This document shows positions 18,385-26,777 of a stretch of 64,000 bases of DNA, one piece after another. The notes under the pieces are model-generated. The model worked only from the letters and a program-made list of their open reading frames with translations, was not told the DNA's origin and did no database searches. The stretch comes from Pseudomonadota bacterium (GTDB taxonomy: Archaea > Thermoplasmatota > SW-10-69-26 > JACQPN01 > JAJPHT01). Where the stretch lies: positions 32,001 to 96,000 of the forward strand of contig JAJPHT010000020.1 in assembly GCA_021325135.1 (NCBI GenBank), given 5' to 3'. The position numbers and the translations under genes were made by a program. Within the stretch, counting starts at the first letter, position 1. Each line of letters starts with the position of its first letter.

Positions 18385-19295
18385 GGCGCGACCTCCAGGG
18401 GCGTCAGCGGCGGGACTTTGGGCATCTCCCCCACCTTGCGCGCCAGGTCGAAGTAGCGCGCGAGGCCCGCGAGCTTGGGCGCGTCGAGGTCGTAGTTGAG
18501 GTCGCGGAAGTAGCGCTCCATGAACGCCCGCGAGAGGAAGAGCTTGCGGCGCGCGTGCTCCACGATGGGCGCGCGGTTGGCGCGCCCCCACGCCTTGCTG
18601 GCCAGGAGCGCGTGGTGCACGGCGCGCAACGCCTCGGGGTCGCGCTGGGCGAAGTCGCGGCGGGCGGCCCACACGGCGAACACCATGGGCGTGCCGGTCC
18701 AGCGCGTCCACTCGTCGGCGAGGTCGAGGCGCCCCAGGTTGGGGTACGCCAGCGAGGCGCGCAGCGCGGCGTCGCCGATGAGGAGCACGCCGTCGTAGGC
18801 GTGGCCGATCTCCTCCAGGTCCGCGTCGCCCTGCACGATCGCGGCGTCGAGGCCGAGGCGCTCGCGCATGAGGATCTTCAGCAGCACGACGCTGGTGGCG
18901 CTCTCTCCGGTCACGCACACCTTCCCGCCGCGCAGCGATTCGACGCCGTTGCGGAAGAAGAGGGACACGCTGTGGACGAACCCCGTGCTGTTGATGGAGA
19001 GGCCCGGCAGAAGCTCCAGCGAGTCCGCATGCTGCGCGTAGGCGAAGCTGGACACGGGGCTCACCTGGAGGGCACCCGAGGCCAGCTGCGCGTTGAGCGT
19101 CGTGGGCGGCGCCTTCACGAGCTCCGCGCCCGGGGGCAGCGGCACCGCGCCCGTCTCCAGGCCGTAGTAGACGGGGAGCGAGTTGAGGTAGTCGATATAC
19201 CCGAGTCTTACGGGGGCGGCTCGCGAGCCGCCCCCGTAAGACTCGGGTGCGCGACGAACGCTGCGTTCGTCGCTGTAGCCCACGCGGACCTTCAT
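18381..19295 (-). CDS. mqnA: Chorismate dehydratase MqnA, with 26-aa palindrome-derived N-terminal insert
   Basis: IDYLNSLP, PTTLN, VHSVSL, SATSVVL, LLIGDAAL, DLADEW-WTG-PMVFAVW; located between mqnE and mqnC. Confidence 0.9.
   Translation of the reverse strand: MKVRVGYSDERSVRRAPESYGGGSRAAPVRLGYIDYLNSLPVYYGLETGAVPLPPGAELVKAPPTTLNAQLASGALQVSPVSSFAYAQHADSLELLPGLSINSTGFVHSVSLFFRNGVESLRGGKVCVTGESATSVVLLKILMRERLGLDAAIVQGDADLEEIGHAYDGVLLIGDAALRASLAYPNLGRLDLADEWTRWTGTPMVFAVWAARRDFAQRDPEALRAVHHALLASKAWGRANRAPIVEHARRKLFLSRAFMERYFRDLNYDLDAPKLAGLARYFDLARKVGEMPKVPPLTPLEVAP
19199..19273. repeat. 50-bp perfect palindrome plus adjacent 23-bp hairpin inside mqnA
   Basis: ACCCGAGTCTTACGGGGGCGGCTCG|CGAGCCGCCCCCGTAAGACTCGGGT (19199-19248); GCGACGAACGC-T-GCGTTCGTCGC (19251-19273). 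Confidence 0.95.
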
Positions 19296-20408
19296 TCAGG
19301 CCACCGCCAGGGGCGTCAGCTCGCGGGGGATGGGGTGATAGCTTCCGAAGGCGTACTCGGGGACGAAGCCCGCGCTGGTGATGAGGGGCGTGAGGTCCTC
19401 CTTCTTGACGAAGGCCCACGTCTTGCCTCCGGCCGCCTGGAGGATGCGCTCCTCGAAGGCCGCGCCGCCGATGTCGTCGACGCCGAAGTGCAGCGCGACC
19501 TGCGCCATGGGCTTGCCCACGGTGACCCACGGGAGCTTGATGTGGGAGACGTTGTCCAGGTAGAGCCGCGCGATGCTCACCATGCGCAGCGTGTCGAACG
19601 CGCTGGGGCCCATGGCGCCGGTCTTGGCGTGGAGCTCCGTGTTCTCGGGGTTCCACGCGAGGCCCAGGAAGGCGTTGAAGCCGCGGGTGCGGTCCTGCAT
19701 CTCGCGGACGCGGCGCAGGTGGTCGACGCGCTCCTCCGCCGTCTCCACGTGGCCGTAGAGGATGCTCACGTTGGTGGGGATGCCCAGCGCGTGCGCCTCC
19801 TCGTGGACCTGGAGGAAGCGGTCGCCCGCGATCTTGGTGGCCATCATGCGCTTGCGCGCCTCGGGATGGAACACCTCCGCGCCGCCCCCGGGAATGCTAT
19901 CAAGGCCAGCGGCACGGAGACGCCGCAGCGTCTCCGTGATCGACAGCTTCTCGCGCTTGGCGAGGAAGTCGACCTCGACGCCGGTCATGCCCTGGATGTG
20001 GGCCTGGGGGCTGACCTTCTTGAGGCGCCGGAACATCTCCTCGAAGTAGGCGAGGTCGCACTCAGGGGTGAGGCCGCCCACGACGTGCCACTCGTTGACG
20101 CCCACCTTGGCGGCGGCCTTGGCTTTCTCCTCGATCTCGTCCAGGGTCATGAGGTAGGCCTTCTCGCTGCCGCTCTTGGCGAAGAAGGCGCAGAACCCGC
20201 AGTCCGCGGCGCAGATGTTGGTGTGGTTGACGTTGAGGTCCGTGCGGGTGTAGACCTTGTTGCCGTGGCGCTTCGCGCGCTCGCGGTGCGCCAGCCTGCC
20301 CAGGGCGACGACGTCCTGCACGGCGAAGAGGGCCAGGGCGTCCTCGTCGGTGATCCGCTCGCTCCTGGCGAGCTTGCGCTCGACCTCGTCCAGGATGGGC
20401 ATTCTCAT
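19296..20408 (-). CDS. mqnE: Aminodeoxyfutalosine synthase (radical SAM)
   Basis: NVNHTNICAADCGFCAF, HVVGG, SIPGGGAEVF, LYGHVET, HIKLPWV, LHFGVDD. Confidence 0.88.
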   Translation of the reverse strand: MRMPILDEVERKLARSERITDEDALALFAVQDVVALGRLAHRERAKRHGNKVYTRTDLNVNHTNICAADCGFCAFFAKSGSEKAYLMTLDEIEEKAKAAAKVGVNEWHVVGGLTPECDLAYFEEMFRRLKKVSPQAHIQGMTGVEVDFLAKREKLSITETLRRLRAAGLDSIPGGGAEVFHPEARKRMMATKIAGDRFLQVHEEAHALGIPTNVSILYGHVETAEERVDHLRRVREMQDRTRGFNAFLGLAWNPENTELHAKTGAMGPSAFDTLRMVSIARLYLDNVSHIKLPWVTVGKPMAQVALHFGVDDIGGAAFEERILQAAGGKTWAFVKKEDLTPLITSAGFVPEYAFGSYHPIPRELTPLAVA

Positions 20409-20430
20409 CGGCATCGGCGAGGGGGCGGCG

Positions 20431-20445
20431 GCTTTTAAGGGTATC
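20431..20445 (-). promoter_or_regulatory. TATA-like box of the mqnEAC operon
   Basis: Minus strand CCTTAAAAG ~25-30 bp upstream of the mqnE ATG (leaderless archaeal spacing). Confidence 0.5.
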
Positions 20446-20507
20446 ACCCTGGAGCCACGTTGGGATGGGGGTTTTCCGCCGGGGGGCGGCCCACTCCGCC
20501 GCGAGTG

Positions 20508-21359
20508 TCACGCGAGGCGCGGGGCCGCGAAGGTGACCGGGTCCAGGGGGCCGGTGGTGGCGTGGCTGCCGTCGGCGAAGCCCAGGGTGGCGACGGGGTC
20601 GATCTCGGCGGGGGGCGAGGCGTCCTCCAGCGTGAAGAGCATCCCCATCATGGCGCCCGCGGGCACGACCACGTGGTAGGGGTCCGCCGCGTCGTCCAGG
20701 CCCGCGAGGCGCCCGGCGTCAGAGCGGGCGAGGACGCTGAACGCCTTGCCGTCGGAGACGAGGGGGCGGCCGGTGCGCAGGTCGCGGAAGGAGACGTCCA
20801 CGGTCTCGTTGCGCCCGGTGCCGTTGCACAGGACGTAGGCGTAGCGCGCGCCGCCGCCGGTGGGCACGTCCTTGGCGCCCGCGCTCTGCACCACGGAGAC
20901 GCGCCCAGGGCAGGGCGGGCCGTCGGGGACCGCGACGGTGCGCGACTCGCCGTGGCCCACGGCCTGCCCGTCCTGGGCGAAGGAGTACGAGACGTGGAGG
21001 TCCGCGGGCGCGTCCGCGGGGACCGGGAGGAACGAGGTCGCGATGAGGAAGCCGTCCTGCCCGAACGCCTTCATGGGCGCGTGGATCGAGTCGTCGACGC
21101 CCGCTTCAGGCACGCGGATGAGCAGGTCGCCGGTGAAGTCCTGGGCGCCTGCGTTGGAGGCCAGGGAGAAGATGGCGGCCACGTGCCCGCGAGGAGCGGG
21201 GAAGATCACGAGGGGGTCGAGGGTGGGGTAGGGGCCCGTGGCGCTGGCGAGCCACGGCGATCCCGTGGGGTCGAGGGCGGGGTCGGCGCGCGTCGCGCCG
21301 GGAAGGACCAGGGGGGCAAGCAGCGCCAGGAGGGTGGCGGCCCGCAGGATGCCTCGCAC
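20508..21359 (-). CDS. Secreted hypothetical protein
   Basis: Signal peptide; beta-rich composition; host-like codon usage. Confidence 0.7.
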   Translation of the reverse strand: MRGILRAATLLALLAPLVLPGATRADPALDPTGSPWLASATGPYPTLDPLVIFPAPRGHVAAIFSLASNAGAQDFTGDLLIRVPEAGVDDSIHAPMKAFGQDGFLIATSFLPVPADAPADLHVSYSFAQDGQAVGHGESRTVAVPDGPPCPGRVSVVQSAGAKDVPTGGGARYAYVLCNGTGRNETVDVSFRDLRTGRPLVSDGKAFSVLARSDAGRLAGLDDAADPYHVVVPAGAMMGMLFTLEDASPPAEIDPVATLGFADGSHATTGPLDPVTFAAPRLA

Positions 21360-21405
21360 GCGCGGGAAGCGCCTCGGCCCTCCATCACGCTTCGGGTGTC
21401 ACCCG

Positions 21406-22272
21406 TCAGTGGGAACGCTGCACGGCCTCGGCCTGGAGCCCGCCCACGACGACGGGGAGCGCGGCGCGGACGAGCGCGAGGACCTTGCCGTCCAGCGAGC
21501 CCGAGGGCGCGGGGGTCCACGTCCAGTCGATCCCTGCGAACGGGTCGCGCCCCGTTCGCGAGGCCGGATCGTCGGCCTGCTGGTCCAGCGGGGCCACGCG
21601 GCAGAGGGAGTCGGAGAGCACCAGCATGGCGCCCGCGCGGAAGCCGCGCTTCTTGGCCACGGCATAGAGGCCGGCGGTCTCCATGTCCACGGCGTGCGCG
21701 CCGCGGGCGCGGTACCGCTTGGCCTTGCCCACGGTTTCCCGGTAGGGCGTGTCGGTGGTCCAGACGGTGCCGCACTGGTACGCGACGCCCGGGTCCTCGC
21801 CCAGGCTCATCTCCAGCGCGTCCTTCATGATGGGCGTCGCCGCGACCTCGTCGGTGGAGTCCAGGTACGCGCGCGACGTGCCGTCCTCGCCCAGCGCGCG
21901 CTCCACCACGAGGAGGTCGCCGCTTTGGAGGAGCGGGTGGACGATGCCCGCGAAGCCGATGCCCACGAACGTGTCGACGCCGCACGCGTGGAGCTTGTCC
22001 GCGACCAGCGCCGTGGCGGGCGCGCCAATTCCAGGGTTGACGAGGATGAAAGGCTCGCCGGCCCACGTTCCGCGGTAGAGCTTCGCGACGCCGGCCTTGA
22101 GGTCCGTGGGCTTGGCGTGCGACACCTGCCGCACGACCTCGAAGAGGGGCTCGCCCCACGTCAGGAGCGCGCGCATGGGCACGCTTCCGGGCGCGACCTG
22201 CGCGCCCCCGTGCTCCGCGCGCCGCTTGAGGCCCGCGAGGGGCGTCACGATCTCGCGGTCGTCGTCGCTCAT
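21406..22272 (-). CDS. Nucleoside phosphorylase (PNP/UDP family)
   Basis: GIGAPATA, GIGFAG, WTTDTPYRET, AVDMETAG, LVLSD. Confidence 0.85.
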   Translation of the reverse strand: MSDDDREIVTPLAGLKRRAEHGGAQVAPGSVPMRALLTWGEPLFEVVRQVSHAKPTDLKAGVAKLYRGTWAGEPFILVNPGIGAPATALVADKLHACGVDTFVGIGFAGIVHPLLQSGDLLVVERALGEDGTSRAYLDSTDEVAATPIMKDALEMSLGEDPGVAYQCGTVWTTDTPYRETVGKAKRYRARGAHAVDMETAGLYAVAKKRGFRAGAMLVLSDSLCRVAPLDQQADDPASRTGRDPFAGIDWTWTPAPSGSLDGKVLALVRAALPVVVGGLQAEAVQRSH

Positions 22273-22433
22273 GCTGCCGCCCAAGCCGCCCCCCGCACTT
22301 ATGTCTATTCGTGCGCGGCGATGGCTTGGGGGCCACCGGGACGCCGAAGGAACAAACTCGCGGGGGCGGGGCGTCTTGGCGGGCCGGAACGGCGAGGATA
22401 CCTTCAAGATTGGAACCCGCTCTCGCCGCCCTC

Positions 22434-22664
22434 ATGCCCGAGCCCTCGGAGAAGCCCGCGCCCGTGGAGGCCACGAAGAAGTTCGAGGGCCCCGTCACCA
22501 TCGAGCGCTCGTTCAAGGTGGACGGCAAGAAGCTCACCGTCCTCGTCACGTTCCCCGCGGGGGTGGTCAAGGAGGTGGGCATGGAGCAGCTTCTCCTGGC
22601 CGCGAACCGCGCCATCGTGACGGTGGACTCCAAGAACCACGCCGTGGACCAGTTCCGCCCGTGA
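22434..22664 (+). CDS. Small hypothetical protein
   Basis: Strong host codon bias; first gene of a co-directional run. Confidence 0.65.
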   Translation: MPEPSEKPAPVEATKKFEGPVTIERSFKVDGKKLTVLVTFPAGVVKEVGMEQLLLAANRAIVTVDSKNHAVDQFRP

Positions 22665-22670
22665 GGGGCC

Positions 22671-23300
22671 ATGCGGCGCGTCGCGGTGGACGGGGGCGAG
22701 GTCATCCTCGTGGCCACCGTGCAGGGGCTCGTCGCGGAGGCGGAGCGCGTGCGGGAGGCCTTCGAGGCGACGCAGCCGCGCGCCGTGGCGCTGGGCGTCT
22801 CGCCCGAGGCCGCCGCGGCGCTGCTGCGCCATGAGCCCGTGGAGGGCGTGGACCCCTTCGACGACCTGCCCGACGCGGAGCTCGCCTACTCCGTGCGCCT
22901 CCAGGAGTACGGGCCCGTCGCGCTGCCTCCGCCCGACCTCATGGAGGCCGTGCGCCTCGCGCGCGCCGCTGATGTGCCCGTGCGCGGCGCGGACCTGCCC
23001 GAGGCGCGCTACGAGGACGTGTTCGCCTCCGAGGTCTCCGCGTGGGGCCTGCTGCGCTACGGGCGCGTGCAGCGCAAGCTCGTGAAGCGCCCCCCGAAGG
23101 CGGCCGACGCGCGCGCGTTTGCCCTGGCGTGGGACGCCGCCGTGCGTCGCGTCAAGGGCATCGACCGCGTCGAGCGCGCGCGGGAGGCGCACATCGCCAG
23201 CGCCGCGCGCCTCATCGCGCGGGAGGTGGGCAGCCCCGCCCTCCTCGTGCTGGACGCCGCGCGGGAAGCCGGCGTGCTCCAGGCCCTCGGCGTTGCGTGA
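22671..23300 (+). CDS. Hypothetical protein (possibly TraB/GumN-like fold)
   Basis: P-AVALGVSPE and ERAREAHIA resemble TraB-like segments. Confidence 0.65.
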   Translation: MRRVAVDGGEVILVATVQGLVAEAERVREAFEATQPRAVALGVSPEAAAALLRHEPVEGVDPFDDLPDAELAYSVRLQEYGPVALPPPDLMEAVRLARAADVPVRGADLPEARYEDVFASEVSAWGLLRYGRVQRKLVKRPPKAADARAFALAWDAAVRRVKGIDRVERAREAHIASAARLIAREVGSPALLVLDAAREAGVLQALGVA

Positions 23301-23364
23301 AGGGTCGCGGCAGGCCGCCTGGATTGCGGGTAGCTTCATGTGGAGAAGCGGCTAAAGGGTCCCG

Positions 23365-23658
23365 ATGCGCGCTGCCCTCCGCGAGACCGGGTCCATCCTC
23401 GTCCGCGCGCCCCGCGACCGGGTCTTCGAGGCGATCAAGGAGGCGATGGAGGGCGAGCCCGACCTCCGCGCCGAGGCGGCCCGCCGCGTCGAGTCCCCCT
23501 TCTCCACCTTCGTCCTGCGGGACGCCCCCGGAGGGGGCACCGAGGTCATCCACGCGCGCCGCGAGAGCCTCACCCTGGGCGCGTCGCGCCGCCCCCGCGA
23601 CGAGCTTCGCGCGCAGGTCGAGCTTGATCTGTTCCGGTTGGCGCAGAAGTTCTCCTGA
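23365..23658 (+). CDS. Hypothetical protein (SRPBCC-like start)
   Basis: SILVRAPRDRVFE resembles the SRPBCC first strand/helix. Confidence 0.55.
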   Translation: MRAALRETGSILVRAPRDRVFEAIKEAMEGEPDLRAEAARRVESPFSTFVLRDAPGGGTEVIHARRESLTLGASRRPRDELRAQVELDLFRLAQKFS

Positions 23659-23665
23659 GCCCTTT

Positions 23666-23780
23666 GGTCAAGGGTCCAAAGAACGCGACGAGCGCCACGA
23701 GCGCAAAGGGCGCGACGACGAAAGACACCGTGGCGACCTTGGCGCTCTTTGCGCTCATCGCGTTCTTTGGACCCTTGACC
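23666..23780. repeat. MITE/REP-like palindromic element, copy 1
   Basis: 23-bp perfect TIR GGTCAAGGGTCCAAAGAACGCGA; 9-bp internal periodicity; between convergent genes; second copy at 27733. Confidence 0.9.
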
Positions 23781-23800
23781 GAGGAGATGCCCCTAAGGGG

Positions 23801-24082
23801 TCACGCCACGCCGGGGTCCCACCCAGGCGCGGCGGCCGCGGGGGCGCTCTTCGGGGCTCGGGGAAGCGCCTTGACCAGCGTGATCTCGCTGATGGCGGTG
23901 AGGGGGAAAAGGCGCACTTCGGCCTTCTGGTCGTCCTCCAGGACGAGGTGCTCGGAGGTGCCCACGCTCTGGACGCCGGCGAAGCGGCCTTCGTCGGTGA
24001 CCTTCTGGACCACGCCGTCCACGAGGTAGCGGCGCTCGATCCGAAGCACGTCGCCCAGCACGAGGGTGATCTCCTGGCTCAT
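23801..24082 (-). CDS. Small beta-rich hypothetical protein (possible Sm/SH3-like fold)
   Basis: EGRFAGV..HLVLED..VRLFPLTAISEI pattern. Confidence 0.7.
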   Translation of the reverse strand: MSQEITLVLGDVLRIERRYLVDGVVQKVTDEGRFAGVQSVGTSEHLVLEDDQKAEVRLFPLTAISEITLVKALPRAPKSAPAAAAPGWDPGVA

Positions 24083-24109
24083 GCTCCCCGTGTCGGCGCG
24101 CGGATCGTA

Positions 24110-26221
24110 TCATAGGCTGCGGCTCGTCCGCTCGCCCGGAGGCCCCCCGGGGACCTGGGAACCCGCGGGGAGCGTGAACCGGAACGTGGACCCGCGCCCG
24201 GTCCCCTGGCTCTCGCAGCCGATCTGCCCGCCGTGGGACTCCACGATCCCCTTGGCGACGTAGAGGCCCAGCCCCGCGCCGGAGCGCGTCTTGTCCATGT
24301 GGTCGTGGAGCTGGCTGAAGGGCTTGAAGAGGCGCCCGATGTCGTCGGCCGCGATGCCGGCGCCCGTGTCGGCCACCTCCACGCACGCGCTCCCGTCGCG
24401 CATCCTCACGGAGACGAGGACGCGCCCCCCGGCGGGCGTGAACTTCAGGGCGTTGCGGATGAGGTTGAACAGCACCTGCGTGATGCGGGGCGCGTCGGCG
24501 GGCACGACCGCGGCCTCTCCTTCCAGGTCGAGGGAGATGCCCTCCTGGAGCGCGGCCTCGTGGAACGACTCCACGGCCTCCTCCGCGAGGCGGCGCACGT
24601 CGGTGGGCGCGGGGCGCACGTCGAGGCGCCCCGACTGCACGCGCGCCGAGTCGATGACGTCGCGCAGCAGAAGGCCAAGCTGGTCCACGTTGCGCGAGAG
24701 CACCGAGACGCTGGTGCGCTGGCGGTCGGAGAGGGGCCCCAGCTTCTCGGAGCGGAGCATGTGCGCCTGGAGCTTGATGGGCGTGAGCGGCGTGCCGAGC
24801 TCGTGGGCGGCGTTGTTGATGAACTGCGTCTTGATGCGGTCGATCTCGCGGAGGCGCTCGTTCATGGACTGCAGCTCGCGCTGCTCGGCCAGGGCGCGCT
24901 CGGTGCGGCGCCGCTCGGTCACGTCGCGGAAGCTCCACACGCGGCCGATGACGTCGTCGCCCACGCGCTGGGGCTGCGAGTAGCGCTCGAAGGTGCGCCC
25001 GTCGCGGAACTCCAGCACGTCGAAGCTCGCCGTCTCGCGGTCCTGGTAGAGGTCGTCCACCTTGGCGCGGAAGCCGGAGGGGTCGAGGAGCTGGTCCTGC
25101 ACGTAGGAGAGGGCGCGCGCGTCCTCGCCCGCCTCCAGGATGGACATGGGGATGCCCCACATCTCGACGAACTTCTTGTTGAAGCCCGCGATCTTGCCCC
25201 CCTGGTCGACGACGAGGATGCCGTCGGTGGTGGACTCCAGCGTCGCGGTGAGGGTGGAGACGGCGCGGCGCAGCGCCTCCTCGGCGCGCTTGCGCTCGGT
25301 GACGTCGCGCAGCGTGATGACGGTCCCGATGATGGCGTCGTTGTTGCGGATGGGCGTGCGCTCGATCTCCACGGGGACCTGGGCGCCGTCCTTGCGGCGC
25401 ACGTGCACGGGCGCGTCGCTCACCAGGTGGGGCCCGCGGGGCAGCCAGGCAAGCTCCAGGGGCGCCGCGCCGTCGCTGGTCTGGATGAGCGCGTCGATGC
25501 TCTTGCCCTGGAGGTCGCCCACGGCGTGCTGCGTCATGGCGGCCGCGGCGGGGTTGGCGAACGTCACGAGGCCGTCGAGGTCCAGGCCGATGATGCCCTC
25601 GCCCGCGGAGTCCAGCACGAGCGCCGTGCGGCGGCGCGCCGTCTCCGCGACCTTCCACCCCATGAGGAGCGCGACGCTCTCGCCCAACACGAGGGAGGCG
25701 TGGATGAGCGCCCACTTCCAGGGGTGCGCGTAGGCGTCTCCGTGGTTGTAGACGAGGGTGGGGAAGAGCGTCCCGATGATGCCGTGGTCCAGCGCGACGT
25801 AGGCGATGGCCAGGAGGAAGGGGATCCAGTCCTGGTAGAGCGCGATCACGGCCAGCACGACGAAGAAGTGGAAGTGCGCCTCGATGTAGCCCCCGGAGAA
25901 CTGGACGATCATCGCCGAGGAGGTCACGAGGGCGAGGGCCGCGACCGCGCCCCGGAAGCGGCGCCGGGCGCCCGGCCACGACGCGACGAGGCCGATGGCG
26001 CCCACCAGCGCGCCCTCCGCCAGCGCGAGCGCGGGGAGGACGCCCATGTAGAGGCCGAAGGCGGCGACGCCCGCGGCGTGGCCGTAGATCACGAAGAGGA
26101 TCGCGCGGTGCCTCGCCCTCCACTCGTCCTCGGGCAGCTCGCGCCCTTCGGGCAGCGCGCGGCGCAGGGCGTCCGAGAGGCGGGCGGCGAAGGGGCTGCC
26201 GGCGGGGAGGGCGCTGGACAC
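24110..26221 (-). CDS. Membrane-bound PAS-PAS sensor histidine kinase
   Basis: TM domain with EAHFHFF; two PAS/PAC domains; H-box AAHELGTPL, N-box NLIRNALKFT, DTGAGI, GAGLGL. Confidence 0.93.
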   Translation of the reverse strand: MSSALPAGSPFAARLSDALRRALPEGRELPEDEWRARHRAILFVIYGHAAGVAAFGLYMGVLPALALAEGALVGAIGLVASWPGARRRFRGAVAALALVTSSAMIVQFSGGYIEAHFHFFVVLAVIALYQDWIPFLLAIAYVALDHGIIGTLFPTLVYNHGDAYAHPWKWALIHASLVLGESVALLMGWKVAETARRRTALVLDSAGEGIIGLDLDGLVTFANPAAAAMTQHAVGDLQGKSIDALIQTSDGAAPLELAWLPRGPHLVSDAPVHVRRKDGAQVPVEIERTPIRNNDAIIGTVITLRDVTERKRAEEALRRAVSTLTATLESTTDGILVVDQGGKIAGFNKKFVEMWGIPMSILEAGEDARALSYVQDQLLDPSGFRAKVDDLYQDRETASFDVLEFRDGRTFERYSQPQRVGDDVIGRVWSFRDVTERRRTERALAEQRELQSMNERLREIDRIKTQFINNAAHELGTPLTPIKLQAHMLRSEKLGPLSDRQRTSVSVLSRNVDQLGLLLRDVIDSARVQSGRLDVRPAPTDVRRLAEEAVESFHEAALQEGISLDLEGEAAVVPADAPRITQVLFNLIRNALKFTPAGGRVLVSVRMRDGSACVEVADTGAGIAADDIGRLFKPFSQLHDHMDKTRSGAGLGLYVAKGIVESHGGQIGCESQGTGRGSTFRFTLPAGSQVPGGPPGERTSRSL

Positions 26222-26340
26222 GGTCGTCTCCTCCCCCCATGGTCTGGGGACCCGACCTTAAGGAGTGGGATACGGACGGAAGAGACGGGGCGTTCGGACC
26301 CGTCGCAAGGGGGATGCGCCACCCCGCCCGTGCCCCCGCC

Positions 26341-26763
26341 ATGAGGGCCTTGGAGCGGGCGGCCGGGGGGCTCTCCCTCTTCGCGGGGCTCGTCCACGCC
26401 GACCTGGGGCCCGCCCACTTCCGCGTCTGGTGGGGCTACGGCCTCTTCTTCGCCGTCGCCGCCCTTGCGCAACTTCTCCTGGGGCTGGCGCTCCTCCTGG
26501 ACGCCCTCGACCCCGCCCGCCTGGGGCCCTCCCTGCCGAGGCTGAAGCGCGCGATGTACGCCTCGGGCATCGTGGGGAACGCGCTCCTCATCGGCCTCTA
26601 TGTCCTCACGCGCACGTGGGGCATCCCCCTCTTCGGGCCCGCGGCGGGGGGCATCGAGCGCGTGGCGCCGCTGGACGTCGCGACGGAGATCGCGCAGGCG
26701 GGGACCATCGCGCTCCTTGCGACGCTCCTCGCGAGGACCCCCAAGGGTTATGCGGCGCGCTGA
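26341..26763 (+). CDS. Hypothetical 4-TM membrane protein
   Basis: AGLVH, HF..WWGYGLFF, LTRTWGIPLFGP. Confidence 0.75.
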   Translation: MRALERAAGGLSLFAGLVHADLGPAHFRVWWGYGLFFAVAALAQLLLGLALLLDALDPARLGPSLPRLKRAMYASGIVGNALLIGLYVLTRTWGIPLFGPAAGGIERVAPLDVATEIAQAGTIALLATLLARTPKGYAAR

Positions 26764-26777
26764 GGGTGCGCGGCGCC

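Noticed and set aside
19196-19276. Bulge-helix-bulge intron in mqnA
   Set aside because: I could not build a BHB pairing between the insert boundaries. The frame is intact without splicing, so it was kept only as an insertion.
17185-20408. CofG/CofH F420 biosynthesis assignment for the radical SAM pair
   Set aside because: The intervening mqnA and the presence of mqnD, ubiA and ubiX support MqnC/MqnE.
23664-24029. Short ORFs reading KNAMSAKSAK... across the palindromic elements
   Set aside because: They are translations of the 9-bp periodic repeat, present in both copies and on both strands; there is no evidence they are genes.
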